From: Octopus sinensis
Taxonomy: Eukaryota
Assembly: GCF_006345805.1 (NCBI RefSeq)
Contig: NC_043002.1
Location: forward strand, 110,484,001 to 110,548,000
Direction of reading: 5' to 3'
Length of the DNA: 64,000 nt
Of this stretch, positions 60,947 through 64,000 are shown piece after piece (the first letter of the stretch is position 1; the number at the start of each line of letters is the position of its first letter). Under the pieces are notes generated by a model. It made no database searches. It saw only the letters and a program-made list of their open reading frames with translations, and had not been told where the DNA came from. The position numbers were made by a program, and so were the translations under genes.

Positions 60947-61460
60947 ATCATCATCATTTAGCGTCCGCTTTCCATGCTAGGATGGGTTGGACGGTTCAAC
61001 TGGGGTCTGTGAAGCCAGAAGGCTGCATCAGGCCCAGTCTGATCTGGCAGTGTTTCTACGGCTGGATGCCCTTCCTAACGCCAACCACTCTGCGAGTGTA
61101 GTGGGTGCTTTTCACGTGCCACCTGCACAGGTGCCAGACGGAGCTGGCAAACAGCCATGAACGGATGGTGCTTTTACATGCCACCGGCACGGGGGCCAGG
61201 CGAGGCTGGCAACGGCCACGAACGGATGGTGCTATGTGCCACCAGCATGGGGGCCAGGCGAGGCTGGCAACGGACACGAACGGATGGTGCTTTTACGAGC
61301 CACTGGCACGGAGGTCAGTCGGGGCGGCGCTGGCAACGGCCATGATCGGATGGTTCGCTTAACCACAGCTGCAATTTCCATTGATGTTGATCGACTTCGA
61401 TTTTGGTTCTGCTTTCTGATATCTGATTTGATTTGGTTTGATTTTGATTTTGATTTTGAT
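60947..61460 (-). mobile_element. Family A repeat with 4 units plus upstream (AAATC)n segment
   Basis: (CAT)n tail, four hairpin units and (GATTTT)n shared with ~51780. Confidence 0.88.
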
Positions 61461-62927
61461 TTTCATTATAAATTATTCTATTTGCTCAGTGCTGTCCCAA
61501 ACATTTATGCTATGTCTCTCAAAGAAAACCTTTGCTTAGAGCATCACTGCTCCTACCTCCATTCAACATGCAAACTTATTCAAATTTATAAGCCCTTTTC
61601 ATATCAACCTGCCTAAAACTACTTCTAGATCTCTAATACATAACCTCCTGTTATGAAATGTTCATAGGTGCAGGTATGCCACTCTGATTAAGAAGTTTCC
61701 TTTGCATTCATGTGGCCTCAAGTGCATGGCACCTTGGGCAAGTCTTCTATAGTCTCAGATCAACCAATGCCTTGGGAATTTGGTAGATGAAAACTGTGCG
61801 GAAACCTATTGGGGGGGTGTTACATTAATGTTTTTATTTATTTGTGTCCAATAACTTAGCCGTTTGGCACTTAGAGATTGATAAAATAAGTTCCAGATTT
61901 TTTGTTTTTTTCAGAGTAGTAGCTAAATAATTGTTAATTTATTTAATCTCCCTCACTGATTCTTGATTATTGTGAAATTTAGCCGAAAGACTGAGACAAG
62001 CGTATTTCATTCAGAATATGTTTATGAAACTATTAAATGATTTTCGCTGATGCTGACAGCCTTCCTCTAGGACTTTGTATTTTCTTTTTGTTTTATAATT
62101 GAAAATGAGCTAAAAACAATAACTAGAATGGTATATGATTTATACAAGTAAGCGACTGGGTGTATAGTCAAAAGTCTTTGTATATTTTTGCCTGAAGGTA
62201 CCAAGTTTCTAGCACTACTTAATAGATGAAACAATGTGAAATAATAGCTTGGTGCTGTTTACCTGTTCTTGTACTGTAGAAACAAAAGCAAGAGGTAAGG
62301 GATGAGAAGCATTTGAGTTTTTGTTTAGCCTCAATTCATTCCTGATCTTGAAAACCTAAGGTCATAGGATTCCCAACTGTTACCATCCATTCATTTTTTT
62401 TTTTTTCAAGCATAGTGTACTCAGTCTGCACTTATCAAGGTTAATTAGTTAGTGTAGTTAGTATCTGAAAAAAAAAAAAAAAAAAAAATGAACATTTGGA
62501 TGGATAGAGAAAATACATTTTATAAAATAATGCTTGGAATAAAATTTCTAAGAATATTTACAAATATTTACAAAAGTTGTTGGAAATGTTAGCACTTTAG
62601 GCTAGTCCTTCAAATCCTACAGGAGTCAATAAAATAGCAGTTATTCACTGGAGTAATTTTCTCTTGTGCAAATTTAGCTTCATGCTTGGAAAATGAGAAT
62701 AAACAAAATTCAATATTTACATATGGTTTATCAATTAATAAGAACATGATAAATATGCTAGGCTATTATTGGGAGGAGAGGTTGTCTCTTATTTGTGTTT
62801 GTGTGTGTGTGTGTGTTTCTATTGAAACAATTGTCTTTCTATGGTAGGCCACTATTTTCTGCACACAATTCATAAATTGAAAGTGAAGTAATATTTCTAT
62901 AGAATTTTTCATACACACGCACACACT

Positions 62928-62974
<47 letters not shown>

Positions 62975-63289
62975 CTTTGATAATTTGACCTGGGTTCTTT
63001 TGGGTTTTTTCTACTTCCTGATTTTGGTTTTGCAGGAATTTCAGCTGTTAAACTCAGCATCAACTATCCTACTTTATCAACCAGTTTAATTTATCTGCTA
63101 GAACCATCTGGACACTGTATGACTTGAAAAACCTTGTCTATTAGTTTGTCACAGTGCTAGCTTTTCAGCATCACTTTGATCTCTTCATGTTGTTTGGTGT
63201 GCAGTGAATGTTAAAATTCTTCATCAAATAATACGTACAACTGACATCCACATTGCTGGACAATTCTGGATGATTAAACACCACGTTTT

Positions 63290-63806
63290 CTATGTAAAAT
63301 TTAAAACCAATCTACTTTTTCCCTTCTAGATATTTATTCCTTCTTTCACTTTCACTATCTTCCTGTCTTTCTCCCTGCTTTTTTCTTTCACTCCTATCTT
63401 TTGCTCCTTTCTCTCTCATAACTCCTTTTCCTATCTTCACTCTCCCTTTACCATTCACTTTTCCTGTTACCACTCCTTACTCTTCTTCGGGGGCCCCTTC
63501 CACTGTTTATCACCCCTCCACCTTTCACCAACCCTATTCTCTTCCCACCTCTCTTTTGCTCCATCTCTCACTCTTTTTCCCTTTGCTCTTTCTGTCTCTT
63601 GTCTTATTCTTTGGATTCCTTTTCTCATCTTTTCCCCTTTCCTTTCTCTCATTTTTTCTCTCTCTTATTCTTTTCTCTACCTTTCTTTATTCTTTCTTAG
63701 TTTTCTGCTTTTTCATTTTCATTTCATCTCTTTCATATTATTTTTCTCACTTTGTTATTCATTTGTTTCATATTTGTCTTCTTCTTCTTCTTCTCTCTCT
63801 CTCTCT

Positions 63807-63865
<59 letters not shown>
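63290..63865. repeat. Long polypyrimidine / (CT)n low-complexity tract
   Basis: Visible directly in the sequence. Confidence 0.9.
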
Positions 63866-63867
<2 letters not shown>

Positions 63868-64000
63868 AAAAGTATATTCAATATAAATAAAAATGTACTT
63901 TTTGAACTTTAAAAAATTTAATGAAATATCACCATTCATCATCATCATCATTTTCTGTCTGTTTTCCTATATTTGCATGAATTGGACAGGTGTTTTCTCA

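Noticed and set aside
62250-62300. Overlapping candidate microexons on both strands (+ AAACAAAAGCAAGAG; - TACAAGAACAG)
   Set aside because: Such short matches are expected by chance in 64 kb, and no host gene anchors them.

Overview
This is AT-rich, microsatellite-rich eukaryotic DNA made almost entirely of transposable elements and their relics. The SINE and LINE families resemble those of octopod cephalopods (Octopus-like; an inference, not a database match). No intact host protein-coding gene can be supported. The ORFs in the track are decayed transposases (hAT, Tc1, mariner), a Helitron PIF1 helicase fragment, non-LTR retrotransposon pieces (RTE/BovB-like, RTE with a PHD-like insert, R4/Dong-like and Hero/NeSL-like RLE elements), or microsatellite/SINE artefacts. 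The most striking signal is RNA-structural. At least four unrelated small repeat families each carry a minimal type I hammerhead ribozyme fold of the kind known from Penelope-like elements and retrozymes (about 3.9, 5.1/5.35, 34.9 and 35.8/39.0 kb). A third copy of one family (28.0 kb) starts within 1 nt of the predicted self-cleavage site. Another family appears to be a tRNA-headed SINE with a hammerhead-bearing tail and an inverted tail copy at its 5' side. Other features are nested insertions with target-site duplications, a 916-bp tandem duplication, a ~169-bp palindrome, and a repeat-poor, CpG-retaining region at 45.7-48.5 kb that may be a promoter or first exon. Coordinates were read by eye; boundaries of decayed elements are approximate.
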